A stretch of 64,000 nt of DNA from a virus. Taxonomy: Duplodnaviria > Caudoviricetes. The stretch spans positions 192,001 through 256,000 of the IMG/VR virus record IMGVR_UViG_3300017716_001697; one strand, given 5' to 3'. Positions within the stretch are counted from its first letter, which is position 1; every line of letters begins with the position of its first letter. The notes beneath the pieces were generated by a model that was given only the letters and a program-made list of their open reading frames with translations, was not told the DNA's origin and made no database searches. Shown piece by piece: positions 60,763 to 64,000 of the stretch. Made by a program: the position numbers and the translations under genes.

Positions 60763-62721
60763 AAAGCTATAAGATAGCAGTGCATGAGGATGAAGTAGTC
60801 GCGTTTATCAAAGAAACTGGTGCAACCTGCGACACAGCATGGGATGAACAAACCAGAACAACGAAACGATTCTTCGTGTTTGGTACTAATGGCATCCCAT
60901 ACTTCCTACACCACTTGACAACAGAAGAAGAACATGTAACAATGATACTAATGAAATACAAATCCATCCGTTATAGCAGACCTATGCACGGGATGCTGTA
61001 TTGGTGTAACGCGGGTGAGGAAATATGAAAGATCACTACCGTGTCTGGATTAATTTACACGATAAAAAGAAGTTTGAAGCACTGCTGCGTATCAACGGTA
61101 TCTACATTACATGCAGCCCTGATGCATACTTTAGATCTGAGTACGTACCAGTTTGTTATGATACACTAATGAGTGGAGAAGATGAACTAATGCTCCAACT
61201 CTCAATCGATTGTGTAATACTAAACAGGAAAGACGATGCTACAGATCTTCGAACTAAGGCATTAGAAAAAGTAAGAGCAATGGTATGAAAACTTATATCA
61301 TAGACTTTGGCGACCACACACTAGATCAATTCAATAGTATTGTGGAGCCATCACGCAGACTTAAGGATGAGAATACAGGCTGGGTAAGACGCTGGCGTGC
61401 AGTAAAGCTAACAGACGAAGAAGCCACAGTAGTGTGTCTCATCTTCAAACATATCAGAGTAAATGAAGGAGAAGGCGTCCAACTTCTCACCAAGCACTTT
61501 AGCGATCCAAAATGAACAATACACGCGAAATAGAAATAACAGTACAAACCGAAAGGTGTAACGAGCTTGCCGATGTATTGTCAACCCTGAGGCTGACATA
61601 CTATGCCTCAGATCAAGCAACCGGTACAATCACATCCACATTCAGTATCAGAGCAACCCCAGAAGACCTAGTATTGCTGAAACTTAGTATTAGCGATATA
61701 GTATTAACTGATGTATCACTTAGTATTAATGATGCAGGATATAAGGCAAGGATGACAGGCGAAGTGATAGCTCTCCGCCACAAGTATGTAGGTAAATGGC
61801 TGGGATTGAAACTGTGATAGATTGTCTTATATACTTAGATGAAACAACTGTGTCTCGCTTTAATGAACTTGTCGCACCATGTCACAGACATAAAACTTCG
61901 ATAAGCGATGTTCCACAATGGTATAGAGTTGTGCTGTATGACGAAGAAGCTACCGCAGTGTTTCTAGTATTCAAACACTTAGCAGCACAAAGAATGCCTC
62001 CATATTTCCGGGAAATGTTAGGGGATATCCATGAGTATTAAAATGCATAAGATATTTCTTGACCATAATTCCGCACAAGGATTCAATAATGTAGTGTGCG
62101 AAGAGCATCAAGTACACCACAACTTAATAGATTACTTCCCACACGGTGCCTGGTTTAATGTACTACTATCAGACGAGGAATTGACCATAATTACGCTAAA
62201 ATTCGAACCTAATCTCATTAATACATATAGACCCACCCAATAGCTCATCAATCATATTTGTGCTATAGTATTGTTATGAGTAAACTCCACTATTTGGCAT
62301 TCCTTAGTAATGATGAAATCCCCGAGTTCAACAAGATAGTATCCAACGAATCACAACTCACAATGTGCAGCCACGGCCTATCAGCTCAGTGGTTTTATAT
62401 CACACTATCACCCGAAGAATCGACCATAATTAAGCTAAAATTCAGATATGTAGAGCGAGACACACATCAACGCAATGTCACCGCTTATTCTGAATAAAGA
62501 GAACGAAAATGAATGATATTACAAAGAACTATAGTGTATTCATACATAGGAAAGATGTAGATAGATTCTATACTATAGTGAGTAACTTCGATCACAACAG
62601 CGGCCTAATGGAAACACTCTTCAATAAGCTACATGCAGGCTATCGCTTAAAAATGCATGATCATGAAACAATTATACTAAGACTTAGTATAGAAGACATA
62701 TCGATCACAGAATCCCACTAA
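60759..62721 (+). CDS. Eight tandem loose family A genes (60759..61028, 61025..61288, 61285..61515, 61512..61817, 61814..62041, 62031..62243, 62276..62497, 62509..62721)
   Basis: TTEEEHVTMILMKY, MSGEDELMLQLS, LTDEEATVVCLIF, ATPEDLVLLKLS, LYDEEATAVFLVF, LSDEELTIITLKF, LSPEESTIIKLKF, MHDHETIILRLS. Confidence 0.72.
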
Positions 62722-62793
62722 GGAAAAATACACTGTGTACGAAACATGTACAGTAAAGAACCTTAGCATAATATTGCTTGAATAGTGAGAATG

Positions 62794-62810
62794 ATAGCAT
62801 AGTATGCTAT
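62794..62810. promoter_or_regulatory. Palindromic operator-like site, copy 1
   Basis: ATAGCATA-G-TATGCTAT. Confidence 0.5.
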
Positions 62811-62899
62811 AGAAAAAGACTTAATTGGACGTAGCGGTTTAAAGGTTATTTGCAGAGGCCTCTCTCCAGGAAATAGAATGAAAAAGGGAAAGCCCCCAT

Positions 62900-63650
62900 A
62901 GGTCTAAGATAGGAATCCTGTGTGAATTTCACGGTCAGATTTGGAAATCAGATTTGGAATCCTAGGTGCCCTTTTCAAATAGGAATCCTACGGGAGGTTT
63001 TGGCGGCAGATTCCTGCCTATGCGCCTAAAGGGCGGTCTAGGTGCCAATATGCGGCGCAATGCCCACATCAGTGCGCCGTGGCGTATGCGTATATGTGAA
63101 ATCCTTTCCACTTTAATTCACTTTGGCTTATGGTTATCGATTCGATGCCCTATAGCTTTTCACTGTGGAATCCTTATGTGCGCAATATTATGCTAAGATT
63201 TCCACGATTCGAAGCATAGAATCAAGATCTTGCACTGTGTGAATCTAAACTTTTCACTACGATCAAAGCTTTTCTTAGCATACTATGCTATGCATACCAC
63301 ATTGGAAACCTTAGTTAAACCACTAGACTGTGCTTATGCCAACAGTTATAATGGTAGGGCACGCTAGCGGGAGCAGAACAGTCACTGTAAAAGATTACAT
63401 ACAGTAAGGCCTGTACACCGGTCCGTCTCTGTTCGCCGCTAGCAACTTTATACTATAGTAGAGATCATGAACTTCTTTACTATACGTTTCTTTACTACAT
63501 AGAGTTTCTATGAATTTCACACTGTGGTTTTCTGTGAATTTCGATAAAGAGTTTCGGATTTCATAAGAATTTCACAGTGCGGATTTCGATCGGTTAGTAA
63601 GTGCTTACCAACATAGTGTGGTTTTCTTGCTACTGTGAGTTTCATGCAAC
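62900..63650. repeat. Non-coding region with strand-biased short repeats (GGAATCCT x4, TCAGATTTGG x2 at 13-bp period, many GAATTTC/TTTCAC)
   Basis: GGAATCCT at 62912, 62956, 62982 and 63167; TCAGATTTGG at 62935 and 62948. Confidence 0.65.
63276..63290. promoter_or_regulatory. Palindromic operator-like site, copy 2
   Basis: TAGCATA-C-TATGCTA. Confidence 0.5.
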
Positions 63651-64000
63651 GAAACGTGGAATCGGTTCCGCTTCGGTGTGGCGTATGGCCAACAGCGTTT
63701 GATCTGGTGGTTGGTGGCTTTCAACCTCGGAGGGCTGGTCTTGTGATCGTAGTACGGCCACGTGGGTTAATGCGAGGATTGTGCCCTAAGGTGTCTAAGG
63801 TATCGTTTAGCCTCGGCAGTAAAATCTTAGGTATCGTGCTCTTATCCGAGGTGGGCCGTAAGAGCATTGATTCTTATAGTGATTCTGTCTAACCTAAGCA
63901 CTAAGCCTCGCAAACGGTTCTTAAGACTCTGCAGACAGATTGCGAGGCTGTAGATATCGCTTTACTTTGAGTGTGTGCTATGCTATAATAAGGTATCAAC

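Noticed and set aside
62966-63892. Track ORFs 62966..63196 and 63635..63892
   Set aside because: No RBS or promoter, and they lie in repeat- and hairpin-rich DNA; probably spurious.

Overview
A 64-kb segment of a large T4-like (jumbo) dsDNA phage genome, covering its accessory/early region. Almost all genes are on the + strand. They are driven by about 28 near-consensus sigma70 promoters and a few T4-late-type TATAAATA boxes. Recognisable enzymes: a MoxR-type AAA+ ATPase with its VWA/metallopeptidase partner, two HNH nucleases, a GT-A glycosyltransferase (the only convincing minus-strand gene), a PBP7-like D,D-peptidase, an SleB-type cell-wall hydrolase, RtcB, an ATP-dependent DNA ligase, two HD hydrolases, YqeY, and bL12-CTD-like and Rmf-like small proteins. 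Most of the remaining coding space is small proteins in several expanded paralog families. The most unusual content is RNA. (i) A tRNA-Leu(UAA) gene is split by a group I intron and sits beside a free-standing HNH gene. (ii) It is followed by a head-to-tail array of multi-branched RNAs, each closed by a related 15-20 bp stem (CCATAT...ATATGG, with C-A at stem positions 14-15 and one perfect match to the RNase III consensus). These are interleaved with tRNA-shaped genes carrying large insertions in the variable arm, D-loop or anticodon loop. (iii) A second such array lies at 28.8-29.5 kb. (iv) A type I hammerhead ribozyme with a ~105-nt loop insertion heads a ~315-nt structured RNA. All assignments were made by eye from motifs and base pairing; no database search or folding program was run.
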